Assembly (NCBI GenBank): GCA_963747235.1 | Contig: CAVVEU010000013.1 | Span: forward strand, 160,001-224,000 | From: an uncultured Candidatus Rokubacteria bacterium | Lineage (GTDB): Bacteria > Methylomirabilota > Methylomirabilia > Rokubacteriales > CSP1-6 | Direction of reading: 5' to 3' | DNA length: 64,000 nucleotides | Made by a program: the position numbers and the translations under genes | In this document: piece after piece, positions 1 to 10,706 of the stretch | How the letters are laid out: every line of letters begins with the position of its first letter | Numbering within the stretch: position 1 is the stretch's first letter | Notes under the pieces: generated by a model | Database searches by the model: none | The model's input: only the letters and a program-made list of their open reading frames with translations | Told to the model about the DNA's origin: nothing

Positions 1-860
1 ATACTGCAGGATGTTCTCGCTCTTGAACGCGCCGTCCGTGACCTGCTTCGCGAAGCGCGTGTAGAGATTGCCCCACGTGAACGCGATCCCGCCGATCCAC
101 CCCTTCGGGGCGAACTTCTGGGCCCGAGGGAGTGATAGCCGATGGAGTAGGCGTTGCGCTTCTCGGCCGTCTGCACCACCGTGATCGGCGAGTCGACGAT
201 GACGCCGAGCACGTCCACGCCCTGATCGAGGAGCGCGTTGGCCGCGGTGGCCTCCTTGGCGGGGTCGAGGAAGGTGCCGGTGAAGACCACGCGCGTCTCC
301 GCCTTCGGGTTGACGGACCGGGCGCCCAGCTCGAAGGCGTTGACGTTGGCGAGGAAGAAGCTGATGGGCAGCGCCACGACGTAGCCGAGCTTGTTGGTCC
401 TGGTCGCCCTGCCGGCCGCCATGCCCATCAGGTAGAACGCCTCGGGGGTGCTCGCCCAGTACGTCGTGAGGTTCGGCGCGCGCTTGTAGCCGCCGGGGTG
501 GAAGAACTTCACGTCGGGGTACTTGGCGGCGACGCGCAGCGCGGGCTCGAGGTAGCCGAAGCTCGCCGCGATGATGAGCTTGGCCCCCTGCTTGACCATG
601 TTCTCCATCACCCGCTCGGCGTCGGCGCCCTCCGGGACGTTCTCCACCTCGATGACCTCGACCCCCGGCAGGTTCCTCTTCATCGCCTGGATGCCTTCGG
701 CGTGAGCCTGGTTGTAGCCGCCGTCGGCCATGGAGCCGATGTGCAGGATGCCGACCTTGAGGGCCTGGGCCTCCGCCGAGGGCCCGGCGACCAGGACGAC
801 CGCGAGGGCGACCAGGACCGCCGGGAGGGTCCGTACCGCGCGGATGAGCGTGAGGATCAT
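1..860 (-). CDS. BMP-family (basic membrane protein) ABC transporter substrate-binding protein, nucleoside/purine type; runs off window start, frameshift near 130
   Basis: Minus-strand translation from ATG at 860: MILTLIRAVRTLPAVLVALAVVLVAG (signal peptide), LKVGILHIGSMADGGYNQAHAEG, AASFGY, NVNAFELGARSVNP; lies downstream of permeases and ATPase. Not in the ORF track. Confidence 0.85.
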   Translation of the reverse strand, partial: MILTLIRAVRTLPAVLVALAVVLVAGPSAEAQALKVGILHIGSMADGGYNQAHAEGIQAMKRNLPGVEVIEVENVPEGADAERVMENMVKQGAKLIIAASFGYLEPALRVAAKYPDVKFFHPGGYKRAPNLTTYWASTPEAFYLMGMAAGRATRTNKLGYVVALPISFFLANVNAFELGARSVNPKAETRVVFTGTFLDPAKEATAANALLDQGVDVLGVIVDSPITVVQTAEKRNAYSIGYHSLGPRSSPRRGGSAGSRSRGAISTRASRSRSRTARSRARTSCS

Positions 861-892
861 GGCTCTGTCTCCTTGTCCTGGGTGAGTGGATG

Positions 893-1807
893 CTATTCGG
901 TTCCCTGGAACACACGCCCGAGGCTGGCCGGAGCCGCATGGCGCCGGGCGCCTCCCCAGACCGCCAGCACGACCAGGCTGAGGACGTAGGGGAGCATGTC
1001 GAGGAGGAACGCCGAGATCGGCACGCCGAGCGCTTGCATCTGGAGCTGCAGGGAGATCGCGCCGCCGAACAGCAGCGCGCCCGCGATCGCCCGCAGCGGG
1101 TGCCACTTCGAGAAGATCACCAGGGCCACCGCGATGAAGCCGCGCCCCGCCGTCATCCACTCGGCCCACGCCTTGGCCACGCCCACGGAGAGATGAGCCC
1201 CGGCGAGGCCTCCGAGGATGCCCGCGACGATCAGCGCCTGGTACTGGATCCGGTGAGGGTTCCGCCCGGCCGCGAAGGCCGCCACCGGGTTCTCCCCGAC
1301 CGCCCGCAGGCTCAGCCCCCATCGCGTGAAGAAGAGCACCCACCAGAGGAGGGTGGCGACGGGCGCGGCCAGGTAGACGAGCGCGTCGTGCGTGAAGAGC
1401 GCGGGGCCCAGGACGGGGAGCTCGGCGAGACCGGGAACCGGGATATCCGGGAGCCCGCCGATCTGGCTGCCGACATAGGGCGCGCCCAGGAGCGCGCTCA
1501 GCCCGACCCCGCAGAACATCAAGGCCAGCCCGGTCGCGAGCGGGTTGGCCCGGCGCGAGATCACGAGGAACGCGAAGATCATGTTGAAGAGCGCGCCCGC
1601 GAGCGCGGCCGCCGCGACGGCCAGCGTCGCGCTGCCGGTGGACACGCAGGTGACGAAGCCGACCACCGCGCCCACCAGCATCACGCCCTCGAGGCCCAGG
1701 TTCACGATGCCCGCGCGCTCCGAGATCAGCTCGGCCAGCGTGGCGTAGAGCAGGGGCGTGCCCGACACGATCGCGCCCGACAGGAGCCCGCGCGCCAGGC
1801 CGAGCAT
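893..1807 (-). CDS. Nucleoside/sugar ABC transporter permease (BPD_transp_2 type)
   Basis: SERAGIVNLGLEG and RAVGENPVAAFAAG motifs, hydrophobic, GRGFIAVALVIF. Confidence 0.9.
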   Translation of the reverse strand: MLGLARGLLSGAIVSGTPLLYATLAELISERAGIVNLGLEGVMLVGAVVGFVTCVSTGSATLAVAAAALAGALFNMIFAFLVISRRANPLATGLALMFCGVGLSALLGAPYVGSQIGGLPDIPVPGLAELPVLGPALFTHDALVYLAAPVATLLWWVLFFTRWGLSLRAVGENPVAAFAAGRNPHRIQYQALIVAGILGGLAGAHLSVGVAKAWAEWMTAGRGFIAVALVIFSKWHPLRAIAGALLFGGAISLQLQMQALGVPISAFLLDMLPYVLSLVVLAVWGGARRHAAPASLGRVFQGTE

Positions 1808-2862
1808 CAGCGCGTCCGGGGCGCCGTCCCAGCCCGGGGCGCCGTCCCAGGATGACGAACAGGATGACCGCCATCAGGATGTTCACCACCGACCCCGGGA
1901 TCGCCTGGGTCATCTGGAGGATGTCGCCGCCGGCGGTGACGACGGCGAGCAGGAAGGCCGCGCCCAGGATGCCGAGCGGATGGCCGCCGGCCATCCAGCT
2001 GATGAGGAAGCCGGTGTAGCCGTAGCCGGGCGAGAGGCTCGGCCGGAGCCGCCCCTGGATCGCGGAGACCTCGCACATCCCGGCGAGGCCGGCGAGACCG
2101 CCGCCGATGAACATCAGCCCGATCACGTAGCGGCCGACCGGCAGGCCGTTGCGCCGGGCGGCGTCGGCATTGCCGCCGATGGCGCGCATCTCGAGGCCCC
2201 AGCGCGTGCGGGAGACGAAGAACGCGAACAGCCCGACCGCCAGCAGCCCCAGGGCGAGGCCCAGATGCACGCGGCTCTGCCCGAGCACCGGGAGGATCGC
2301 GGCCGGGGCGAACTCGGCGGTCTGCGGGTAGTTGACCCCTTCGGGGTCCTTCCACGGCCCGAAGACGACGTAGTTCAGCGACAGGATGGCGATGTAGTTC
2401 ATGAGGAGGGTGGAGATCGTCTCGCTGACCCAGCCCCTGGCGCGCAGGAGGCCGGCGATGAGCCCCCAGAGCCCCCCGCCGAGAAAGCCGAGCGCGATCA
2501 TGAGGGGCAGCAGCAGCCACCCCGGGAAATGCCCGAAGGTGAGCGCGCCCCACGTCGCGAAGATCGCGCCGATGTAGAGCTGGCCCTCCCCGCCCACGTT
2601 GATCAGCCAGATCCGGGCCGGGATCGCCACCGCCACCGCGGTGAGGACGAGCGGGAGTCATCTTGACGAGGGTTTCCGAGAATCCGTAGGCGCTCCCGAG
2701 GGTGCTCCCGAAGATGTCGACGTACGCCTTGATCGGGTTCTTGCCGAACACCAGGAGCACGCCCGCGAACACGACGAGCGCGAGCCCCGCCGGCATGGCG
2801 ATGCTCGTCAGCCGGGCGCGCCAGGCGAGACCGAGGGTGGCGGACTCAGGCGGAGCGGTCAT
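1807..2862 (-). CDS. Nucleoside/sugar ABC transporter permease (frameshift near 2660; exact 3' end uncertain)
   Basis: N-terminus is permease-like (GKNPIKAYVDIFGSTLGS); after a frame change reads LINVGGEGQLYIG, EMRAIGGNADAARRNGL, GYGYTGF. Confidence 0.8.
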   Translation of the reverse strand: MTAPPESATLGLAWRARLTSIAMPAGLALVVFAGVLLVFGKNPIKAYVDIFGSTLGSAYGFSETLVKMTPARPHRGGGGDPGPDLADQRGRGGPALHRRDLRDVGRAHLRAFPGVAAAAPHDRARLSRRGALGAHRRPPARQGLGQRDDLHPPHELHRHPVAELRRLRAVEGPRRGQLPADRRVRPGRDPPGARAEPRASGPRPGAAGGRAVRVLRLPHALGPRDARHRRQCRRRPAQRPAGRPLRDRADVHRRRSRRPRRDVRGLRDPGAAPAEPLARLRLHRLPHQLDGRRPSARHPGRGLPARRRHRRRRHPPDDPGDPGVGGEHPDGGHPVRHPGTAPRAGTAPRTR

Positions 2863-4390
2863 GACGCTCCGATCCGCCGGTCATCAGGTAGCCGATCTCC
2901 TCGATGGTGGTGTCGGCGGGGACCCTCGATCCGGCGAGCCGGCCGTGGAAGAGGACCACGAGCCGATCGCTCAGCGCGAAGAGCTCGCCGAGATCCTCGG
3001 AGATGAGCAGGATGCCCGCGCCCTCGTCGCGCGAGGCCACGAGGAGATCACGCGTGGCGATGGCGCTCCGCACGTCGAGGCCGCGGGTCGGATAGAACGC
3101 GACGATCAGCTTCGGCCGCCGCGCCAGCTCCCGGGCCAGGATCACGCGCTGGACCGTCCCGCCCGAGAGCGTTCCCAGCGGCGCCTGCAGCGCCGGGACC
3201 GCGACGCCCAGGCGCGCGAGGGAGCGCGCGAGGTCGCTCCGCGCGCTCTCCCAGTCCATGGCCAGGCCGCCATGACGCGCGTAGCGGCGGGTGTCGCCGA
3301 GGGCCATGTTCTCGAGGACGGTCAGCTGCGCGGCCCCCGCCATCGCGAGGGCGTCCTCGGGGATGAAGGCCACGCCGCTGGCGCGGACCCGGGCCACCGG
3401 CCAGCGCGTCGCGTCGGCGCCGCCCAGGAGCTTGACGCCGCGCGCGCATCGCGCGAGCCCGAGGACGAGGTCGCCCAGCTCACGCTGGCCGTTGCCGGAC
3501 ACGCCCGCCACGCCGACGATCTCGCCGGGCGCGACGGCGAGGTCGATGTCCCGGAGGCCGACCGCGCGCCCGTCGGCTCTCGTGCCGACATGGCGCAGCT
3601 CGAGCCGGGGCGGGCCGGCCGGCCCCGCCGCGCCGCGGCGGCTCGGCGCGACCTCGGCGACGGAGCCGATCCGAACATCAGCGACACGAGCGTCTCCTCG
3701 GTCGCGTCCGATCGCCGCAGCGTGCCCGCGATCCGGCCCCGACGCATGACCGAGATCCGATCGGCGCCCGCGAGCACCTCATCGAGCTTGTGGGTGATGA
3801 AGACGACCGCGTAGCCGTCGCGGCGGAGGTCGGCGAAGACGCGGAAGAGGCCGGCCACCTCCTGGGGGGCGAGGCCGCGCGTCGGCTCGTCGAAGATCAG
3901 GATGCGCGCGTCGGCCAGGAGGAGCTTGACGACCTCCACCTTCTGCCGCTCGCCCACCGAGAGGCGCCAGACCGGGGCGCTCGGCTCGACCTCGAGACCG
4001 TAGCGCTGCGAGAGCGCCTCGATCCGGCGCGCGATCGCCGGCATGTCCGGCACGGGGGGCAGGTTGGCCTGGAACAGGGCGACGTTGTCCGCGACGCTCA
4101 GCGCGGGGATCTGGGCGAAGTCCTGGAAGACCATGCCGATGCGGAGCTCCCGCGCGTCGTGGGGGGAGCGGATCTGGACCGGCCGATCCGCGACCCGGAT
4201 CTCCCCCGCGTCCGGCCGGTAGAAGCCGTAGAGGATCTTCATGAGGGTGCTCTTGCCGGCGCCGTTCTCGCCCACGAGGGCGTGGATCTCGCCGCCGTAC
4301 GCGTCGAAGGACACGGCGTCGTTGGCGACGACGCCGGGGAAGGCCTTGGTGATGCCGCGGACGGAGAGCAGGGGAGCGGTGTCCGTGATC
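2846..4390 (-). CDS. Two-domain sugar/nucleoside ABC ATP-binding protein (frameshift near 3660; start uncertain)
   Basis: Walker A GENGAGKST, LSVGERQKVE, ILIFDEPT; second domain GVSGNGQ, LSGGTVQ, PTRGLD. Confidence 0.85.
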
Positions 4391-4474
4391 GACGGTCAGT
4401 GTCAGATCCTCCCCTCGTGGAATCTCGCGGGAGTATAGCGCAGGCGCCGGGTTCTCACTATAATCGCCGCGGCC

Positions 4475-5725
4475 ATGAGCGTGAGCATCGGGGCGGCGAA
4501 TCGGGAAGCGCTCGAGCGGCTCTGCCGCGCGCGGCCGGCGTGGACGGCGGTGCGGCCGGCGAAGGACGCCATCGGGCTCGTGGGGCGCGCGCTCCTCCAC
4601 GCCGGGCCTCCGATCGCGTGGGAGCGCATGTGCGGGCCGATGCGCGGGGCGGTCACCGCCGCGATCCTCCACGAGGGCTGGGCGACCACCGCGGAGGCGG
4701 CCGGGGCGCTGGCCGCGTCGGGCGAGATCTCGTTCAGCCCGTGCCATTCGCGCGGCGCGGTCGGCCCGATGGCGGGGATCATCTCGCCGAGCATGCCCCT
4801 GCTCGTGGTGGAGGATCAGGCGAACGGGACCGCCGCCTATTCCTTCATCGCGGACGGGCCGTGGGGGCATCAGCTCCGCTTCGGCGGCCACGGGCCGGAG
4901 ACCCTGGCCGGGCTCGCGTGGATCCGCGATGTCGTCGCTCCCGCGCTGGCGTCGGTCCTCGACCGGGAGGGGCCGATCGATCTCGCGAGCCTGATGGCCC
5001 AGGCGTTCACGATGGGCGATGAGATGCACATGCGCAACGCCGCCGCGACCGGGCTCCTCGCCCGGCGGCTGGCGGCGCCGCTGGTCGGCGTCGTGCAGGA
5101 CCGCCGCGACCTCGAGGCGATCATGCGCCTGCTGACGCGCGACAACGACCAGTTCTTCCTCGCGTGGGCGATGTGCGCGGCCAAGGCGGCGAGCCGGGCC
5201 ATCGAGGGGATCGAGGGCGCGACGGTGGTCTCGACGATGGCGCGCAACGGGGTGGAGTTCGGCATCCGCGTCGCGGGGCTGGGCGACCGGTGGTTCACGG
5301 GTCCGGCCAGCGCGGTGGACGGGCTCTACTTCCCCGGCTTCAGCGCCGCCGACGCCAACCTGGACACCGGCGACTCCGCGATCATGGAGACCTACGGGCT
5401 GGGCGGGATGGCGATGGCCGCGTCGCCGTCGGTGCAGAAGATCGTGGGCGCGAAGTCGTTCGCGGACGCCGTCGCGACGACCCGGCGGATGGGCGAGATC
5501 TGTGTCGGGTCGAATCCGCTGTTCCCGGTGGCGGCCCTCGAAGGAGAGGGGACGCCGACCGGGATCGACATCCGCAAGGTCGTGCAGACCCGGATCGTTC
5601 CCGCGATCAACACCGCGATCGCGCACCGCGGAGCGTCCCGGATGATCGGCGCCGGGATCTCGACGCCGCCGCTCGAGCCGTTCGTGGACGCGCTCAAGGC
5701 GTTCGCCGAGCGCTACCGAGCATAG
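4475..5725 (+). CDS. DUF1116 family protein (YlbE/YahG, AllG-like oxamate carbamoyltransferase subunit)
   Basis: LLHAGPPI, MCGPMRGA, PCH..GAVGPMAG, MGDEMHMRN, MARNGVEFGIR, DTGDSAIMETYGLGG, PAINTAIAH. Confidence 0.85.
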   Translation: MSVSIGAANREALERLCRARPAWTAVRPAKDAIGLVGRALLHAGPPIAWERMCGPMRGAVTAAILHEGWATTAEAAGALAASGEISFSPCHSRGAVGPMAGIISPSMPLLVVEDQANGTAAYSFIADGPWGHQLRFGGHGPETLAGLAWIRDVVAPALASVLDREGPIDLASLMAQAFTMGDEMHMRNAAATGLLARRLAAPLVGVVQDRRDLEAIMRLLTRDNDQFFLAWAMCAAKAASRAIEGIEGATVVSTMARNGVEFGIRVAGLGDRWFTGPASAVDGLYFPGFSAADANLDTGDSAIMETYGLGGMAMAASPSVQKIVGAKSFADAVATTRRMGEICVGSNPLFPVAALEGEGTPTGIDIRKVVQTRIVPAINTAIAHRGASRMIGAGISTPPLEPFVDALKAFAERYRA

Positions 5726-5761
5726 GGGCCCGCGCCGGACGGGCGGCGGGATCGGGCGGAC

Positions 5762-7301
5762 GTGGCTCTCCGGGGAACGGTCCGCCGCTCGTTCTACCAG
5801 GACTCGATGGTCCTGATGCGCGTCGCGGGTGAGCTGCGCGGGCGCCCCGGTGTGCGCGAGGCCGCCGCGCTCATGGGGACCGCCGCCAACCACGAGCTGC
5901 TCGCGTCCGCCGGCCTCGCGGCTCCGCCGGTGCGCGACGCGACGCGCCGGCGACCTCATGCTCGTGGTGGACGCCGAGAGCGACGCGGCGGCGGATGCCG
6001 CCATCGAAGCCGCCCACGCGCTGCTCGACACGCGCCGGCGCCTGCGCGAGGAGTCCGGGCGGGTGCTGCCCCGGACGCTCGAGTCGGCGGTGCGCCGCCT
6101 CCCCGACGCGAACCTCGCGACGATCTCCGTCCCCGGCGCCTACGCGAAGCTCGAGGCCATGACGGCGCTGCGGCGCGGGCTTCACGTGTTCCTCTTCAGC
6201 GACAACGTCGCCCTCGCCGACGAGATCGCGCTGAAGCGGGTCGCGACCGAGAAGGGGCTCCTGTGCATGGGCCCCGATTGCGGCACCGGGTACCTGAACG
6301 GGGTCGGCCTCGGATTCGCCAACGTGGTGCCGCGCGGCCGGATCGGGTGCGTCTCCGCCTCGGGCACCGGGCTCCAGGCGGTGGCCTCCCGGCTCGCCTC
6401 GCTCGGCGAGGGGATCTCGCACGGGATCGGAGTCGGCGGCCGTGATCTCTCGGCCGAGGTGGGCGGCGTGATGACCGCGTTCGCGCTGGAGACGCTGGGC
6501 GCGGACCGCTCGACGGAGCTGATCGTCGTGATCTCCAAGCCGCCGGCGCCGGCGGCGCTCGCGCGGCTCGAGGCGGCGATCCGCGTCATCGGCAAGCCGG
6601 TGGTGGTCTGCTGCCTGGGCGCGTCCGCCCCGGCGGGGGCTCCCGGGCGCTGGGTGGCCACGCTCGAGGATGCCGCGGAGGCGGCCGACCGCCGACGTGC
6701 GCGCGACGCCGTGGGTCCCGCGCGCCTTCGGCGATCCCGAGGACGTGCGGATCCGGCTCGCGCGGCTCGGCGCGGATCGACGGCGCGGCGGAACGCTGCT
6801 CGGACTCTTCGTGGGCGGGACGCTCGCGCACGAGGCGCGGCTGGTGCTCGACGCCTGGCTGGCGGCAGCCGAGCGCCCCCGCCGGCGGCCGGCACCGGAT
6901 CCTGGATCTCGGCGCCGACGAGTACACGGTGGGACGGCCCCACCCGATGCTGGATCCGGTCCAGCGCGACGCGATGGTCAGGGAGGCCGGGCGCGATCCG
7001 AGCGTGGGCGTGCTCCTCCTGGACCTCGTGCTGGGCCGGGGGACGCATCCGGATCCGGCGAGGTCGCTGGCGGCCGCGGTGGCGGACGCGCGAGCCGCGC
7101 GCCACCCGCGCGGGCCGCGAGCTGACCGTGGTCGCGTCCGTGATCGGGACGGCGGGTGACCCCCAGGGGCTGCCCGGCCAGGTCGCGGCGCTCGAGGCCG
7201 CGGGCGTCCACGTGCTGCCCGGGAGCGCCCAGGCGGCCCGGTTCGCCGCCCTCGCGCTCGACCCGACGCTCGGGCCGCGGCTCCTGGAGGCCCGCGGATG
7301 A
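5762..7301 (+). CDS. fdrA: FdrA family acyl-CoA synthetase-like protein (AllF-like); several frameshifts
   Basis: YQDSMVLMR, MGTAAN, ISVPGAYA, FSDNV, MGPDCGT, SASGTGLQ, GIGVGGRDLS, GGTL, DLGADEYTVGRPHPM across frames. Confidence 0.8.
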
Positions 7302-7468
7302 GCGTCGAGAATCTCCTCGGCCGGCCGCTGCGCGTGATCAACCTCGGCCTCGAGGTCTTCGCTCAGGAGCTCGAGGCCGACGGCGTGACGGTGCTGCACG
7401 TGGACTGGCAGCCGCCGGCCGGCGAGGCCGGCGGGGCCGATCTCCTCGCGCTGCTCGACGACGAGTAG
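7298..7468 (+). CDS. Small FdrA-tail-like protein (56 aa), not in ORF track
   Basis: ATG overlaps the fdrA stop (ATGA) with GGAGG upstream; MSVENLLGRPLRVINLGLEVFAQELEADGVTVLHVDWQPPAG... resembles the VINxGL...WxPPAG tail of FdrA proteins. Confidence 0.75.
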   Translation: MSVENLLGRPLRVINLGLEVFAQELEADGVTVLHVDWQPPAGEAGGADLLALLDDE

Positions 7469-8476
7469 GTGATGGGCGGCGAGGCGCGGTGGCTCGACGT
7501 GCTGAGGCTCGCTCCGGCCGTCGCGCTGCGGCTCGAGGCGGCGCCCCCCGAGGCGGGCCGCGTCCATTCGGTGTTCGCGCGCGCGGTGAACCTCTCCTGG
7601 CATGACGGGAGACTCCTGACCCTGCAGGCTCCGGGCGCGCTGGGGGCGCCCTTCGCCGCCGCCCTGGCTCGGATGCCCGCCACCGGCGCGATCCATCCCG
7701 GCGCGCGCGTGAGGCGGTGCGGCGACGGGCTCGTCCTCGGCGGCATCGGCGTCCGGTGGCGTGGCGCGACGCTCACGAATACCGCCATGCGCGAGAGCCC
7801 GGGCGCGCCGCCGCCGGCCCTCGCGGGCCTGAGGGACGAATGCCACGGGCAGAGCGGTCGCGCACTGTGGAGCCCGATCGGGCACCGCGCGCGGTCACGC
7901 CTGGCCGAGGGTCTGACGCGGCGGCACGCGGAGACCTTCCTCGACGGGGCCTTCGGGTTGATCGGCCTGGGCGAAGGGCTGACCCCGGCCGGGGACGACT
8001 GCCTCGTGGGCGCGCTCGCGGTGGTTCAGCGGTTCGACCGGTCCTGGCTGGCGGCGCGTCCCGAGATCCGGGCCTCCGTGCGACAGCGGGCGTGGGACGG
8101 CACGACCGCGGTCGCGCGCGAGTTCGTCGTCCACGCCCTGGCCGGCGACTTCTCGGAGAGCGTCGTCGACGTCCTGGAGGCGGATTCGGTCGAGGCGGTG
8201 CGGGGGAGCGCCGCGCGCCTGCTGGGTGTCGGCGCAACCTCCGGGTCCGACACGCTCCTGGGCATCCGGCTGGCCCTCGCGGCGCTGCAGCTCCGGGAGC
8301 GGGGTGACCGGGACGCCGGGGCGAGAGCTACGCCTCCGTCGCGTGCAGCCTCACGGACCGGCCGGTGGCGGAGGACCGCTCGATCGCGTCGATCAGCTTG
8401 TGGCGCTGGACGGCGAGGGCGAAGTCGATGTCGAAGGATCGACCGGTGCCGCAGGGCGTCGGCCAGGCGCGCGTAG
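7469..8476 (+). CDS. DUF2877 family protein (YlbF/YahE, AllH-like); true 3' end probably near 8300
   Basis: VHSVFARAVN, LIGLGEGLTPAGDD, GATSGSDTLLG motifs. Confidence 0.75.
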   Translation: MMGGEARWLDVLRLAPAVALRLEAAPPEAGRVHSVFARAVNLSWHDGRLLTLQAPGALGAPFAAALARMPATGAIHPGARVRRCGDGLVLGGIGVRWRGATLTNTAMRESPGAPPPALAGLRDECHGQSGRALWSPIGHRARSRLAEGLTRRHAETFLDGAFGLIGLGEGLTPAGDDCLVGALAVVQRFDRSWLAARPEIRASVRQRAWDGTTAVAREFVVHALAGDFSESVVDVLEADSVEAVRGSAARLLGVGATSGSDTLLGIRLALAALQLRERGDRDAGARATPPSRAASRTGRWRRTARSRRSACGAGRRGRSRCRRIDRCRRASARRA

Positions 8477-9443
8477 GCCTGGGCGACGTTGTAGGGCGGG
8501 CCACCCGGCGTGCCCTCCGGAGCGAGCCTGTACTTGGCCGGCACCGGCATCGGCGCCATGGGCTCCTTGCCCTTGCCCGCGTGGGCCTGACTCGGTCCGA
8601 TGTTGAGCGAGCCATCCGTCCGGATGACCAGGGCGCCCTCGCGCCCGTAGATCTCCATTCGGTTGCCGCCGGGATTCGAGGGAACGGCGGCCACGTTGAC
8701 CGTCACCTCGGCGCCGCCCACCAGTCGGCCGACCACGTTGATGCTGTCCGGCGCGTCAACCGGAACCGGCTTGCCCTCCAGGGTGTGCCACTCCGGGATT
8801 CGAGTCGACACACGGGCCGAGACCTCGGCAAACTCGCCGAGCACGGCGCACAGGGCGTCGATGGCGTGGCCGCCGGCGATGGTCAGCGTGTTGGCGCCGT
8901 TGGCGCGTACGCCCTGCCAGATGCGGCCGGGGCCCCGCTGCAGCTGGGCCTGGGCCACGGTGGTCAGGTTTGCCGTGAGCACCTCGCCGACGTAGCCCTC
9001 CCTTGACGAGGTCGGCCGCGTACAGAATCGCCGGGTCGCTGCGCCCCTGCAGACCGACGATGGTCTGTCACGGAGCGCTGGCGGGCGAGCCCCGCCATTT
9101 CTTCGGCCTCCGCCAGATTCGCGCCGAGCGGCCACTCGCAGAGCACGGCCTTGCCGGCCTGCAGGCCGGCCATGACGAGGTCTCGGTGACCGGGCACTCG
9201 CACGCAGACGACCAGGAGATCGACGTCCGGGTCCGTCGCCATGTCGCTGAACCGGTGGAATGCCCGCTCGGCCCCGAACGCCGCGGCCGAGGCCCTGGCG
9301 GTGTCCTCGTGCGAGGTGCAGACCGCCTTCAGCTCGTAGCGGGGCAGGGCCTTCAGGGCGGGGACGTGGGCGTTGGCCCCCCAGCCGCTGCCCCCCTGCG
9401 TCACGGTCGCTCCCACGATTCCTACGCGTATCGGGTCTGTCAT
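8328..9443 (-). CDS. Gfo/Idh/MocA family oxidoreductase (frameshifted)
   Basis: IRVGIVGA..GWGANAHVPAL, VCVRVPGH, CEWPL motif, GGHAID. Confidence 0.8.
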
Positions 9444-9459
9444 CGGAACCTCCGCCGCG

Positions 9460-10068
9460 TCATGTCTCGGCCGGGGCTGCCGGCTCACCGAGCGACAGCA
9501 TCAGCCGATTGGCCCAGTTGAAGAACGCCGCCGCATGGACGACGTCGGCGATCGCCAGATCGTCGAGCCCCGACCGGCGCAGGCGGTCCACGTGCTCCCG
9601 CCCGAACGTGATCGGGGTGGCGGTGAGCGCGACCGAGGCCGCGACGATGGCGTTCCAGCGTTCTCCGAGATCGGCGGCGACCCCGTCGCCGAGCAGGCGC
9701 TCCACATCCGCCTCGCGCTTCGAATAGGTCGCGGCGTGTCGCGCATGCACCGAGGCGCAGTAGATGCACCCGTTGAAGCGAGAGGTGGCCGCGGCGGCGA
9801 GCTCGCGCTCCGCCCGCGGCAGGCCCGCATCGGGGTTGTAGAAGATGTCCTTGTCGGTTCGCGTCCTGGCCTCGAGCGCATCCGGGTCGCGCGCCAGGAG
9901 GCGGAAATACGGCGACTTCACGCGCGCGGCGTCCACGAAGCTCGCCATGTGGCGGTCGGTCAGCGCCTCGACCATCAGCGGCTCGAGCCAGGGGAGCCAG
10001 TCGAGCTGTGCCCGGGTGAAGGCAACGGGAGCCGTGTGGTCGGGGGGAACCAGAACCGTATCGGGCAT
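9460..10068 (-). CDS. Alkylhydroperoxidase/CMD domain protein (Avi_7169-like)
   Basis: LPRAERELAAAATSRFNGCIYCASVH (AhpD CxxC), AFFNWANRLMLSLG. Confidence 0.85.
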   Translation of the reverse strand: MPDTVLVPPDHTAPVAFTRAQLDWLPWLEPLMVEALTDRHMASFVDAARVKSPYFRLLARDPDALEARTRTDKDIFYNPDAGLPRAERELAAAATSRFNGCIYCASVHARHAATYSKREADVERLLGDGVAADLGERWNAIVAASVALTATPITFGREHVDRLRRSGLDDLAIADVVHAAAFFNWANRLMLSLGEPAAPAET

Positions 10069-10084
10069 GTCGGGACCTCGGGTA

Positions 10085-10693
10085 TCAGGAGCCGCTGGCA
10101 AGGGTGCGCAGTCCGACCACGACTCGAATCTGGAAGGACAGGAAGGCGGTGATCTGGGAGAGCGTCACGATATCGGTCGCGGACCAGCCGGCGTCCAGCA
10201 GCGCCTGCAGCGCGGCCGGGTCGGCGTCGCGCGGGTGCAGGACGAGCAGGTGCACGTGCTCGAAGGCCGCGACGAGGCGCGGCCCCAGCACGCGGCGGGC
10301 GGGCGGGCTCACGCGGTAGACCGGCCCGGCCGTATTCTCGCGGCTCAGCGGACCCGGGGGGAAGCTGCCGTAGGGGCCCGACGCCCGGGCCTCCGCGATC
10401 GCGGCGTCGACCGCGTCGCGCAGCGACGGCGAGGCCCCGCGAGTGGACAGGCCCTCGGCATAGAACGCCGAGATCGCCGCCTCGCCATGCAGGCCGGTGA
10501 CGAAGGTGCCCACCGCGAAGCGCTCCTGCGGGGTGACGTCGCCGGGGACCTCCGGCGCGAACAGCGCGCGGTAGCTCGCCTGCGCGTGGGTGCGCGCCTC
10601 CGGCCGACGGGCGCGGACCGCATCCAGGGACGATCCCGGCTCGATCCCGACCAGCGCGTCAATCACGTCCGCGTCCGTGCCCGACATGGTCAT
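10085..10693 (-). CDS. CMD domain protein (Avi_7170-like)
   Basis: DVIDALVGI..SLDAVRARRPEA, GPYGSFP, LVLHPRDA, IVTLSQITAFLSFQIR. Confidence 0.8.
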   Translation of the reverse strand: MTMSGTDADVIDALVGIEPGSSLDAVRARRPEARTHAQASYRALFAPEVPGDVTPQERFAVGTFVTGLHGEAAISAFYAEGLSTRGASPSLRDAVDAAIAEARASGPYGSFPPGPLSRENTAGPVYRVSPPARRVLGPRLVAAFEHVHLLVLHPRDADPAALQALLDAGWSATDIVTLSQITAFLSFQIRVVVGLRTLASGS

Positions 10694-10706
10694 CGTCTCC
10701 GTGTGT

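Noticed and set aside
1816-1850. 17-bp direct repeat CCGGGGCGCCGTCCCAG, two copies
   Set aside because: A simple tandem duplication in a permease C-terminal tail; no spacers or further copies, so not CRISPR.
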